DNA of 64,000 nucleotides from Tubiluchus corallicola (lineage: Eukaryota; Animalia; Priapulida), in NCBI GenBank assembly GCA_030141605.1, contig JAQGDQ010000146.1, positions 255,933 through 319,932 of the forward strand. The letters run 5' to 3'. This document shows, piece by piece, positions 37,901 through 50,257 of this stretch. A model generated the notes under the pieces. The model saw only the letters and a program-made list of their open reading frames with translations, searched no databases and was not told the origin of the DNA. Position 1 is the stretch's first letter. The number at the start of each line of letters is the position of its first letter. Position numbers and translations under genes: made by a program.

Positions 37901-40900
37901 TGTACTTCAATTTTCTCTTTCGCAAACATGTGCAAGATACTCGTGGAATATTTTTGCTGTTGAAAATTATGTTCATTTGTGATGTCATCACTAGTTGGGC
38001 TCGCCTGCCATTAATTAAGTTTTTAATCTGTTATTTAATTATCACAAATGCTTTTTGGGTATTACTTGTGTTAAAACGTATACTTTTTTCAGACTTGAAA
38101 ATGGGATAGTATATAAATAATCATCCTGTCTTCCTTTAAGTACAGATAATATAGAGCTAATGAATATCTTGGTAAAAATTAGAAAGGTGCTGCTTGCATT
38201 TTGATGAACAGAGCTCAAAATGATGCAACTAACAACTATAATTATCTATGACTGTAATTTCTTTCTTGACTTTGGTTTGAGAAAACTTTCAATCACATTA
38301 ACAGCTTCAAGTCCTTGCAGAATTTTCACCGGCAAACACGCGCTGAATCCGAACCCTTTAAAACTGTAAGGCCAAACCAATCCATTATATGGAGTTGGAC
38401 ATGCGAAGCCTTTTCTGTTGTTCTGACTTGATTACATTTTACTCGCCCTTCTAAATTTTACTTTTGACCTTGTATGTATAAAAATTACAGTGAACTTTAT
38501 TTTACAATTGCCTCCGAAAGATTTTACTACTGTGACATTTACACGTAATGCAGTTACGTCGGCTGTTAGGTAAAGTCTTGATTTCACGTGCTTCCGGAAT
38601 CGGTTTGTTTCGCTAGAAAGATTTGACCGAACTTCGTTATCGGGAGTGAAGTATCTATCTCGTGTGTTTAGTGATTGAAACTAAATGTAGCTGTAGCTTG
38701 TGATTAAACTTGGGAGAGTTAATGAACTTGTTCCGTAGAAACGACGATAGAATGAGAAAACATAGAACACTTGGGACAACAAATTCAAATGGATAATTAT
38801 ATGGTTTCTAGATACAGAAGTAATTCTTCAACCAGTAATTTTTATGGCATTCTTAATCATAAGACAATTTCATTGCTATTAATTTGTCAGAATAAACCTT
38901 TTCACGGTTTCGTTGTGCGCATGCGTAGTTGGTGTAGGTCAAAGGTTAAGTGTACCATGCATAGCAGCACACCTTAACTACCACCGTCACGTGACGTGTG
39001 TGTAAAGCAAAGCCGTCTATTGCGTATGTTCAGTAACTTCAGTTGTTTTACATGGTCTTTACTTAATTATGCATTGGTCTGGTCGTAGTGTGATTTACTA
39101 GCAGGAATTTGCTTGAGAACAAGAAAAAATGAACTAGGTAAGGTTTTGGCTAACTGTTAAAAGTGTTACTATTAGCATGGGCTGCGAAGTGTTGTCAAGT
39201 GTACACAAATACGTTGTCTGGTACTCTTAACCTTTGACCTTTAACAATCATCAACAATCGCTGGAACTGTGAAAAGGCTTGTGGAAATGAAAATAGCAGT
39301 ACAAGCTAAGCAAATTTTAATTTTAATTTTAGCATATTAAATGTTTTTTATTATTTATTTATTTATTTACAGTTATACATATGTTAAAATAGTATAAAAC
39401 AAAGAATCAGCAGGCGTAAACGCACTCTTACGCTGATCCTATAAAACACGAAATGACGCACAATAATCAAATCTATAAAAACGAGACCCTCAAATTGAAT
39501 CTATTTAACTAAAAGATCCTTGTTTGTGGTGATTTGCATATAAAAGAAAAGACAATGTCTAATAATTAATAACTTTAATAAACTCTGATTTTATTATTAT
39601 TTATGTTTTAATTTTAGAAAAGCAAAATGAAAAGAATCCAGTGAAGACAAAAGTGTCGCGGCAGAATAGTTTAGATTCCAACACTAGCAAGTCCGAGCCG
39701 ACTTGGGTGCACGATATCTTCCAGGGAACTCTGACTAATGAAACTCGGTGTTTAAACTGTGAAACTGTAAGTGCTGCATAAGTACGGTTTTCTAGCAAAA
39801 TTCATTTATATGTCACATCATTTTAGTGTGAATACTGATCACTAATGGTTTAAATTTGTTCATGAATTTGGTTGATTCCAGAGAACTGATATTAATGTCT
39901 GTTAAAGTTTTGTTCATGTTTTTAATACTTGTATACATTCGTGTATCCAAATTATAAAATTCCTCCTTTATCTATTTGAAAGGTTTTCGTATTTCTTATA
40001 TAACGTTAATGTTAATTTAAAGGACAAGAAAAAGGGGTACATGAAGTGGGTTTCAGAAAAAGCGCCTTAAAAAATTACACTACTTTATAGCAATTGTGTG
40101 CATATATCGTACTCGCGTTGAAAGGAATTTTTGTTTGTTTTCATTTTAAATCTCCCGCAATACTGTTCCGACTGCGCCATTACATGAGGTCATTACACCC
40201 CATAAACCAGGGAAAAAAGGAAATGTTAAATTGTGACCTAAAAAACTTTCCTTGCAAATCCATGTTACTTAGCATTTCGCTTACCTGCTGGAAACACCTT
40301 TGTGACTAGACATAATAATTTAAAATGTTCATGCCAATTTGTAAAATGTCGCTGACTCACCCTCCAGGGTGCGCCATTCATTAGCCAAAAACGTATTTTT
40401 AATCTTATCGGAAGATACAGTATTTTAAAATTTTACTTAATTAGCAACAAGTATGCTGCGAATGCTTTGATTATTTTTTTAAACTTTACTTAATGTTATC
40501 AAAACTTGTTTCAAACGACCTACCATATAAATGGCTTTGCCTAACGGTCATCACGGGAGTTTAAATTTACAAGTTTTATACAGTGTTACTGCCTTTGCAA
40601 GCAATGTATACGAAACGGCAGTACGTAAGTGGTACAAAATTTCGAGACGAATTTTTTAAGCTTTATGTTTATGAAGGGCTTTCTTGTGCTTTAAATGTGT
40701 TTTGTAGCCCCACACTAGAACTAATTACTTGTTGTTTGGCTTGATTTATGAGTTAGCCATTGTAGCAATGAGCAGACTTGTGGTCAGTGGCGCGGACACT
40801 AGTGTGAACAGATCTTGCACAGAGATCATAGATCAGTGCCGGATTAAGGAGTGTTGGTGTCGTGAATTTCATTTTATCACGGCATTTCAGTTGATTTATT

Positions 40901-43900
40901 TTAAAACTGGATAACAAAAACGTCTAACTCCAAAATGAGGTTCCACATTTTTAATTACATAAGTTTTTATTGGAGTGAGAAATCACGAAAAGTTTTTAAC
41001 TAAAGTCAAAATCACACCTTTCCGAACTGGTCCTAAAAAAGTTCCTACTCAAACGGGTATCAATCCACCAAACAACTTTTGTGAAAAAACTAGTACCAAT
41101 TAGATTAATTATTATGTAAATGCATTAATATAACTACATAGTTGTGGACTTGTTCACAACAGTTGGTGCCCTAACCACAACCTCGGCTCTCTTCGTGGCT
41201 CAAAGCTTGTGTATTCTATGATACTAATTATGAGACATATAAACAAAGTATGCATATTCTATGATACTAATTATGAGACATAAACAAACTTCATTGCTCT
41301 GTATAAGATTTATATCACTTAAATTCTTTATTGATTTCGAAATGAATTTTTAATTAAATAAATCAACTCCAAAAAGAAGATGTGATCTCAACAGTAAAAA
41401 ACCCAGAATGGTATTAAACAGGACATTAAAATGACCCCCACCACATGAGTCATTGATCGTGAAACTTCCTGCTCTAGGACCTTAGCTAGTGACTGTTGCA
41501 AATGTTGCAGTTGTCAAGTTGCCATGACAACAGGTGAAAACATGGTGACAAAGGTGAAGACCCTGCTATCTTGCTATGTAATGTTACGAGAAACAACCCA
41601 GCCGAAGTACCTCATTCTCCTGTAACTCTCTTCCTCGCATTTTAAACTATTAAAAAACTTTTATGGACTTTTACTTTACTTTATTAAAATTTTATCTGTT
41701 TTCTACTCATTTTTATCAGCTGGGTGCGTAAGCAGGCGCTTAGTCTGCTAATGCATTAATCCATCTTTGCCACACATTGCTCTAGTGATCCTGCATGCAT
41801 TACTAATGTCTCATAAATAAAACAGAAATTCTTATTTTACCATTTTTTTGCGCGAGTAGAGAATCGAATCAAGTTTGTCCTTTAAAAACCATTTTTTCTA
41901 TTTCAGATTAGCAGTAAAGATGAAGACTTCTTAGATTTATCCGTAGATGTCGACCAGAACACTTCAATAACACATTGTCTTAGAGGATTTAGTGATACGG
42001 AGACGCTGTGCAGCGAGCACAAGTATTACTGCGAGAACTGCTGCAGTAAACAAGAAGCTCAGAAGAGGTTGGTTTTTCACAAGTTAGGGATCTCTGAAAT
42101 GGAGGCGTCGAGTAACACGGTTATGCTGCTGCAAGAAACCGAATAGATGGTGTTTGTTAATATTATGTTAAAACAGGAACACTGCTGTAGCCAATTAAAT
42201 ACTTTGAAAGTTTTTGTAACTTAGCAACGGTTAATCAGTGTGCGTATGCAGGCGCAAGTCAGCTCTCAAAGAATTAGTTAGTACACTAGGTCTAATAGAA
42301 ATGAAATACACTCATATCTCGGTTTGCTGGACAAAAGCGGGGAGACGTCGGTCCGAATATGCCGATTGTCCGTATTTTTCTATACTAAGCTAATACAGTA
42401 GGTGCCGTGTATTAGACTCGCGGTAATGTAGAATCAATCGTCTAATTGTCTCAAATCGTCTAGTACGGGCTGCTCTGACATACCGATTTTTTAAAATTTT
42501 GGTCGAGCAGCCTGTAGCTTCTAGCGGCGCCTGGTGGGACTTTCGAAAGGAGATATATAGCTCTTTAGAAAGAGGAGGCACAGGGCTACACGGATGTCTA
42601 GACCATGAGGAGCTGTGATGAGTTGATTGGAGATTCCATTTCGGGCATTTTTTGCTTGGAAGACTGCTGACGCAAAGCCATTGTTCTGACATCATCCATT
42701 ATACTCTGCTTATAACTTTAATTCAGTAAAAGCTGCTACTGGATTTGCGTTGTAAATCAGGACTATGTAGGATGTTAAAATTTTTTGCGTTGCCTTTGCT
42801 AGGTAATTATGATTTCTTGATGTAGTTACTTAGATCATCACAGGATTGATAACATTGTTGTGCTAATTGTTCTGTTCTTTCAGAATGAGGGTAAAGAAGT
42901 TGCCGCTAATTTTAGCACTTCACTTGAAGAGGTTTAAATACATGGAGCAGTTAAACCGGTACACAAAGTTGTCATATAGAGTAGTCTTTCCTTTAGAACT
43001 TCGGTTATTTAATACGGTGAGTTTACTTATTAGATTATTACCATGTTTGACCGAACTTTTTATATTATTAAAATATATTTTTATAACATTATATTTTCAT
43101 ACTATATTTATGCAGACTCCTTTTTTTGAAGTAGTGTAGAAATTTTGATTCAAATGTTTATTGTTTACTGAGTTCAAATGTTATTATGGTCTGTTGTAAC
43201 GGTTCTCCATGATCGCTTTGTAGTACATTGCATTGGTAAAAATACGCTGAACTGCAGGTTTAGAGTTCAAGTCTGTTTATTTTAGGATAAATCGCTTTTC
43301 TGTTTTGACTGTTCCAACCACAACACTTTAATAAGAGATATGAACGATAATAGATAACCTTTTCCAATTAACCAAACTATGAAACAATTTAAAGCCTGCT
43401 TCACCAGAAACAGAGTGCATGAAAGACAGTGTGTTTACTGAGTGACTGCCTGAAAGTTACTCCCTCTGTGTCAGCTTCTTCATTACCTTTTTTAACTTTT
43501 AACAGCAAAACGCTTCACTGAATCAGGAAGGTTTTTTGACTACATTCATGCGGTAACGCTTGGTACAAGCAATTACTAGCGGCAATAATATGTACACAGC
43601 AAGAAGCAAGAAATACTTCTGAAACAAACAGTGAATTAAATAGCGCTATAACGTAAATAGGGCTGCTTGAACTTGAAGTGACTTGTGGATAATTGTGTGC
43701 AGGAACAGCTAGGAGTCTTTGGAAGCCCTTCTACATCTGTTGCACACCTCATGTGAGATGACCTTCTCAAACAGACACACTTCCTGAATTTTAGAAACTT
43801 TAGATGCCTTTTTAGCGAATAAATTAAAAATTTCGGGTTCTTTGGGCACATTTCTATATTACCATTTGCTATTATTTTGTAAACATATTCTTTGAACTGC

Positions 43901-46174
43901 AAAATTCGGCTGGATGTAGAGACTAGTAAGTAGTTTTGTGCACGTTCAGTGATTTCGGAGGCCTAATCTGGTAATATATTACAGCTGTTAACTGTATTTG
44001 ATGCCGATAGGTGTCAGCACAAGTGGAGCTTGTTCGCCATGATTTTGCTCTTAACAAAGCGTCTTTCTATGTTGTCATTTTAACTTCTTGTATGCTGTGT
44101 TATCAGTTTTCACAGCAACTTGCCTACTGAAAAGTAACCTTTCTAATTATTTTTTATCAATTTTGGTTATTTCTTTAGTTACAATGCTTGTAGCTTGTAA
44201 AATTTGTTTGTTACCATCAGTATGGCTACATTGACGGTGCAAGTAGCACAGGAACAAAATGTTTAACATTTATAGAAAAAGCACTGAAATCATGGCTTAA
44301 ATTAAATCAAAATTTAAATTAAAACCATCTTTTTTAGTCCTTTTTATGCTCCTTCAACTGCTGCAATTTCCGTGTTAACGTGAAGCTGACATGCTTGTAG
44401 CCCTTTGCACAGTTCCAGCGATTGATGATGATCATAAAAAGGTCAAAGGTTAAATGTACCAGACAACACATTTGTGTGCACTTGACCACACCTATCAGTC
44501 CAAGCTACTGTAATAGTAACAGCTAGCTAGAACCTTACCTAGTTCATTTTTTCTTGTTCCCAAGCAAGATCCTGCTAGTAAATCACTCTACAGACAGGCT
44601 AATGTATAATTAAGTAAAGTCCACGTAAAACAACTCGCGTTACTGAACTGTTGCAGCTAATGGCTTTGCTTTACCAACATGTCACGTGAAGGTTGCAGTT
44701 AAGATGCGTTGTTGTAGTACACTTAACCTTTGCGATACAGCAACTGCATGTGCGCACACAGCTGATGCTACTGAACTATTGCAGCAAATGGCTTTGCTTT
44801 ACCAACATGTCACGTGAAGGTTGTAGTTAAGATGCTTTGTTGTAGTACACTTAACCTTTGAGAGACAGCAACTGCGCGTGCGCACAATGAAACTGTGGAA
44901 AGGATTATTGTACACTGCTTTCGTCAACCCAACTTTTCGAATATGCATCTGGTTTCACTTACACTTGAAATATGATGAGCTGCATATTATTCGTTTATTT
45001 ATCATCTATGTGTTCACTTGTTAAGCTTATTTCATTGTAGTCTCACGATGCCTACAATCCAGACAGGATGTATGATTTAGTAGCCGTGGTCATACACTGT
45101 GGAAGTGGTCCTAATCGTGGTCACTACATAAGTATAGTCAAAAGCCATGGGCTGTGGTTACTCTTTGACGATGACATTGTAGACGTGAGTATTATAGTGA
45201 CAAATGTTGACATTGAAGTCTTTGTAATGTACAAACACCTTTCTTTTGGCTTCTTCAAACTAGTGATACCCAATGTCAGTATTTTTTTAGAGTTTTCATC
45301 AGGGATGTTACTGAGACGAAATTTTTGTTTTGGTTTCAGCAAAATTTAGTGAATTTGTAGCCGAAATTTTCGAGAAGTTTCCGTAGCGTTTTTCTGAAAT
45401 TTTAGTCCAGTTTATCTTTTCTTTTCTCCTAGATGTCAAAAACCGCTGAAAAATTAAAAGCAAAGAATAAGTTAAAAGCTAATTCAAATTAAAGAAAAAA
45501 TTTTGCTTACATAACAGTTTGTGAAATGCTTTTACCGGCAATGCGGCATATGTTCAGTGCCGACGACTGTGAAGTTTTAGGGTCTCCAGGCCCAATCAGT
45601 CAAATTAAGATTGAATTTACTCCAGCAACATCACGTTTAATTTTATAATTTATGAAATATAGGCAACGAAATATCTACGAAATACTTTTTGTTTATTTTT
45701 ATTGAAGCATTATGATCTTTAAACATTAATCATTAAAGACACTTAAATCCAAACACATCATTACACATTTTCTAAGGCAAACTGCTCCATCAAACTTGAG
45801 ATATACAATAATACTTCCTTGTTTTTTGTACTAGAATTTTTTGTCAGTAATTTTGTACCACAGCAAATAAAAGCAAATAAAACCCAAAACAACATATTTT
45901 ACTTATTTTAGAATTTTCCTTTTTTTCAGTTTTAATATTAGTTGGTTTTGCAAAAATGTTTCAGTTCATTTTCATCTCGGTCACTGACTGTTGTTGTAAT
46001 CTGTGACCTCATTGATTCTTTTCTAAAAAATGTTTACTTAAACTTTAACTTTGTGTATTTTTACAGAAAATTGATGCCACAGCAATAGAAGATTTTTATG
46101 GCCTGACGTCGGACATACAAAAGAATTCTGAGTCCGGTTACATTTTGTTTTATCAGTCTCGAGACTGTACATAG
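20000..46174 (+). CDS. USP46: Ubiquitin carboxyl-terminal hydrolase USP12/USP46; exons (20000-20002 tentative), 25695-25775, 32392-32608, 34042-34122, 39618-39766, 41907-42067, 42884-43016, 45041-45184, 46067-46174
   Basis: Phase-consistent GT-AG exons give [27 protein letters not shown]|[14 protein letters not shown] (Cys box), [46 protein letters not shown] (His box), [17 protein letters not shown]. First coding exon (AAAATG|GTAAGC) is inferred and may begin at the in-frame ATG 19898 or 19994. Confidence 0.93.
21484..21977. mobile_element. TA-flanked pogo/Tc1-type MITE (family E)
   Basis: TIR CAGTGGACTCTCGTTA(T/C)AAGAATCAC, TA flanks, subterminal GATTCTTATA repeats. Confidence 0.9.
22145..22738 (+). 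mobile_element. 5'-truncated RTE-type LINE
   Basis: Decayed frame [17 protein letters not shown]...[11 protein letters not shown]...[15 protein letters not shown]; short TAAG/AAGT tail; perfect 12-bp TSD TACCCGCTTTGT at 22133-22144 and 22739-22750. Confidence 0.88.
23030..23475. mobile_element. Dispersed repeat family F; inverted copy at about 40110-40700, partial copy at about 11010-11345
   Basis: Reverse-complement similarity seen by eye (e.g. GGCGCACCCTGGAGGGTG versus CACCCTCCAGGGTGCGCC at about 40359). Confidence 0.7.
23800..24260. repeat. About 75-bp AT-rich minisatellite, about 6 copies, alternating A/B monomers
   Basis: AAAATAATAATAATAGATTC recurs about every 75 bp; GATTCGTGTC and GATTCATGTA variants alternate. 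Confidence 0.85.
25408..25638 (+). CDS. Candidate alternative or cassette exon of USP12/46 encoding an acidic segment
   Basis: GC-richer, codon-like stretch ([17 protein letters not shown]...[11 protein letters not shown]). Phase-0 donor GAG|GTGAAG at 25639 and a 56-nt intron join it in frame to exon 25695. Possible ATG at 25408 or phase-0 acceptor TCCCAG| at 25419. Confidence 0.45.
26130..26475 (+). repeat. Dispersed repeat family J; second copy at about 37510-37850
   Basis: Shared TGTAGGTCAAAACAATC...ACTTACGTGAAAGAA...AAACAGGTGCTGTACCT...AGTTCAGATGT. Confidence 0.75.
27376..27592. repeat. About 22-bp tandem repeat (TTTTTGTATTCCAAAAATCGTA)
   Basis: About 9 degenerate copies read directly. 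Confidence 0.85.
28050..28500 (-). mobile_element. Degenerate AT-rich RTE-type LINE 3' fragment
   Basis: [11 protein letters not shown]...[22 protein letters not shown]. Confidence 0.7.
30785..31174. mobile_element. Family C MITE
   Basis: TA-CACTCATATCTTGGTTT...AAACCGAGATATGAGTG-TA. Confidence 0.85.
33525..33805. repeat. 17-bp tandem repeat (TTGTGCTTTTGTTAGTA / TTGTGCTTTTGTTATCA)
   Basis: Directly visible tandem array. Confidence 0.85.
35849..36206 (-). mobile_element. Solo LTR (358 bp)
   Basis: TG...CA termini (minus strand TGTTGTGG...CACCACA); 5-bp TSD GGGGC at 35844-35848 and 36207-36211; minus-strand TATATAA at about 36080 followed by AATAAA at about 35920. Confidence 0.8.
36207..36311. 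repeat. 25-bp tandem repeat x4 (GGGGCAYAGCCAGGTTCTGAAGTTA)
   Basis: Directly visible. Confidence 0.9.
38890..39150 (+). repeat. Dispersed repeat family I; inverted copy at about 44520-44910 with an internal duplication, partial copy at 59370-59465
   Basis: Shared GTAGGTCAAAGGTTAAGTGTAC...CTTAACTAC...TTTACTAGCAGGA...GAACAAGAAAAAATGAACTAGGTAAGG. Confidence 0.75.
42310..42722. mobile_element. Composite of family C left arm and an inverted family D fragment
   Basis: CACTCATATCTCGGTTTG... to about 42460, then the reverse complement of the 17390-17630 / 57890-58160 repeat. Confidence 0.65.
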
Positions 46175-46859
46175 CATTTAGCATCTATAGTAATAGTTGT
46201 TATTTTTCTGCCTGTTATAATTGTTCAAATGTTGTTGAGATATTGCTATGCTTAAAGGAAAGAACAAGTCACTTAGCATGTTAAGTTCATTTTACAGTTA
46301 TCACTTAAACTTAGAAAAATATAACAGAGATATTTGCACAGAACCACCTAAAAAGCATAAATTTAATTTATACTACCTCTGAATAGAAATTTTCAGGCGT
46401 GGTGGTTGCCGCCATTAACTTGAAAATTATGACATAACTTGGAGACTTCGTGGCTTTTCGTAAGCGTGTCGTGGCTTTCCATTAAATGACACCAGTTTCA
46501 CATTTGAATTTTCGCTGGACCAAACATTAGACCAGACTCTTATTTTTGCCAAGCCCAGTATGTTTTTATTTCTGGTATTGCTCTTCCTCTCTGACTTCTG
46601 CTGCCACTTAACTCTGTGCTGCCCTGTCACCTTCAATGTCCCGCGGCTCGGTATTTTTCGTGTCTGACGGTGTGTTGATAAGATGTTTTTGGGTGAAATT
46701 AATGTGAGTTAACAGCTGCCGTTCTTGCTGTTTCCGTCCTTTCTTCAGTGCTTCTTTGAGAGGTAATCTGGTGGTCATATAACATGTCGTATCCATCTCA
46801 GCCTCCTCTTTATGAACTTCACTATCCATTCCCCTGTCTTGACATTATTTATGCAGAAC

Positions 46860-47252
46860 TAGGGGTGAGTATCGAACGAACACTCAAATTCGATTCAAAC
46901 GAGTTTTTTTATTTCGCACTCGATTCGAATCCAAAACTATAGATTCGGATAATTCAGCACTTCAATCACATATGTTCCTGATCATTAAAACGATTGAAAC
47001 ATCAAGCAGTTAGCATAATTTCGCTGTGATTTCTGCGCACAACTTTAAACAAATTACTAGTCGTTTTATTGCAGAACAAAATCTAGTGATATGCATGATC
47101 TTTGTAAGACTAATTTTTACTGGTGGTTCGAAAACTTGTTGGAAAATCGTTCAATCTCAATTCGAATTCGGTTCGAAACACTGAAGTTCAGTACGATTCG
47201 AATTCGAAAGTCACAAAGTCGGTTCGACTCGAATTCGCTTTCTAGTAGAGAA
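46860..47252. mobile_element. hAT-like MITE with TTCGAA subterminal repeats; sibling at about 48218-48512
   Basis: Starts TAGGGGTGAG; TGCAGAAC is duplicated at 46852-46859 and 47253-47260; right TIR is degraded. Confidence 0.6.
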
Positions 47253-49585
47253 TGCAGAACTTGATTGGATATTATTTCTGTAATTTCTTCTTTGAAATAC
47301 ATGTATTTTTGATGAGCTTTGATTGTCCATCATTCTGAGCTGTAAAGAAACACAGTTTCCATTACTATTAGTGCATCAAAGAGTCTTAATTGTGTTTCTA
47401 AACTGACCCTCTTGCTTATTTTGGTAATTTGTAATGTCTTGCTAATACGAGGCTTTTTCTTGTTGATATACAGAAAGCTACGTAAAACTCGAATTCTTGC
47501 ATATCTCAAACAAATGTCAGATTTTCCCTTTAAGAAACATTGTTTAACTTGAATTGTCGCGTTACTCGAACAAAATTCCTGGTACAGTTCTTAAGAATCT
47601 GACTGAGGTTACCTTGCCTATCTCGAACAACCTCCCAAGCAAGGAGTCCTATGCGAATGTGTGCACGGCATTATGATTTTAACTGCTAGTTTCAGCAAAA
47701 ATTCTAAGATTGCTTGTATTGCCTTAGCAAAATGCTGAACACAACATGGTTTAACGAACGTGGTTTAATGTAGGTCACAATATTATTATTGCCGAATTCT
47801 AATGACCATGCTAATCAGACTACAATAGAGGTGGACCAGTCATTTTTATTTTTGATCATTGTTTGATCAAACTATTTGATGAAAAACTGTTGTTTAATAC
47901 ACGTATTTGATTAAAGGCTCAGTTTGTCTTTTTCACAGGCTGTAGTGCTACTAGTTTGTAGTTGATGAGTGACTCAACCTTGTTTTCTTACAAGCATCGT
48001 CTAACTTGTACCCTCGCACAACTCAAACAAATTTTCCGGTCTCAAAGCGTTCCGAGTTACTACGTAGTTTATTGTATATTCATGAAACATACCCCACTGA
48101 GTCCCAGTAAAATGAAATAACTTGTCTCATGTCACATTTTGCTTTACTGTAGGTCTTTTTTATGCAGTAAATAGAACAAGTATGTTCTGTCTGATGGTAA
48201 TTGTACAGAATGGGCATTAGGGGTGAGCATCAGACTTTCAAAATCAATTTGAACCTAAAATTATAGATTCGAATAATTCAGCACTTGTTTGAATGTTTAA
48301 AACGTCATGCAATTGGTGCAATTTAGCTACAGTTTCTATACAAAATTTTTAATACACTAATAGTGGTTTTACTGCAGTACAAAATCAAGTGATATGCATG
48401 ATCTCTATAAGACCAATTTTTACTAGTGGTTCGAAAATCTTTCAAACTCTATTCGAATTCGAAATACTGAAATTTGGTTTGATTCGAATTCGAAAGTCGC
48501 AAATTCGATTAGACAAATTATGTTGTTTAGGATTTGTTGGTGTGTAACATTGCTACCCTGTTGCTGACATTTTTTGGAGAGCTATGTAGAACAGACATAA
48601 ACTGATTTTTCCAGTTTCTCGTACGTGTCATTACTAGTTGGTCGCTCGTTAATCTTACGTAATACCAGTACTACGGCTTAAAAATCATAGAAATTGTGAC
48701 TTTCTTGGTTTCTATACTTTGTAGCTTTAATGTACTCTAATTGCACAGCAGCTGAAAAGTTACAAAACTTTTTGCCTGGAAATTTAATAAAGCGCTGGCT
48801 GATGATTTAATTCTAGAATTTCGCTAACTTCTATTAGCATACATCGTAAAACCTACAGTGTTTTTATTACTTAATGCATCCTATTTTATAAAATAGGCAT
48901 CAAAAAGTTATTCAATTTTAAGTGGAAATTTCGGATCAAACCTAGAGTCAATTTGCTAGATCATAAATAATTATTAATTTTTATGCATAGTTAATTGTAA
49001 GTAGTATTGAATCAGTGCATTTGTTTGATGATTCCATTGTACAGATGTTTGGATGTGAAAGGAGTCTTTGATTGAAATACCTGTATAATTATATTAAAAT
49101 TGATAGGTTTTCATTATGTAATGTTTTATTGATTAATGTGATAAATCAGTAATAGTTACCTATTGTTATTTACTATTATTAGTAACAATGATTATTATTT
49201 AATTACCAATAATTAATCACATTTATTTTGTTTATTATCGTTTTGCAAATAGATGTCGTTTGTTGCCCGTACAATTGATTTTGCTTATTTAACTTTTTCA
49301 AAATGTAAAAAATAAACTATTCCAATGAAAGCAACATGTTCAATATTTTTCATTATAATGTGTTCTTCAATTAAGTGAAGTGTATTAAAAAAAGATAACA
49401 TGGTAAACGTCAATACAACACAGAGTACGGGTAGGTGCACGGGCTTCTGCTGAGTGGGTTTAGGTAAGGAACAGCACTGAACAATTTATTACATCAAAAT
49501 TGAAAGTATTGCTACAAAACAAAAGGCATTGCTGAACATAGTGTGAAATCTTATTACATTACGTCTAATGTCTTTCAGCGCCTTC

Positions 49586-49730
49586 AGTAGTAGTAGTAGT
49601 AGTTGCTGTTGTTGTAATAGTAGTAGTAAAAGTAGTAGTAGTGGTAGTAATAGCATTAGTAGTGGCAGTACTAGTAGTGGTGGTAGTAGTAGTAATAGTA
49701 GTAGTAGTGGCAGTCGTAGTAGTAGTAGTA
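49586..49730. repeat. (AGT)n microsatellite
   Basis: Directly visible; explains the poly-S/L/V ORFs. Confidence 0.9.
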
Positions 49731-50257
49731 AAAAATTATTTATTGTCGAATATTTCAAAGATAACATTAGCCAAAGGGCATTTTCGAACAAATAAAAAAC
49801 TCTACAATGCACATAAAGGTAAGAGCAGTTGAGAGGTACAATCAGAGCAGGGACTCGAAGATTTTCCAATGCCTCACAAATGTGTTTTTTAATATCGATC
49901 AATAACATGTTTTGAGTCATCTTACCCTCCGCTCTATTCTGATAACGCTGCGGTTCCGATGGAATTTATGCGTACTAGGTGTAAATGTTTTTAAGAAAAG
50001 GTTGGACAAGCATTGGCCTGGGAAAGAGATTAGTCTACAGTCATAAAGCTGCATTTCCTCTGAGGTTATAAATACGTATATATTTAAATACACAGGATTT
50101 AACTAGAAAATTACTCTATCAGATACTGGCTGCTTTGCGGAAGACTCCCGCTCCCGTAAACAGGGAATCTCTGGCTTTGGTAATACATAGGTGTAATTTT
50201 CAACATTTCTCATTTTGCACTTCCCAGCAACCCGCAAAGCGCAAGCATGATAGTGTC

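Noticed and set aside
49489-49920. Poly-Leu/Ser/Val ORFs
   Set aside because: Translations of an (AGT)n microsatellite.
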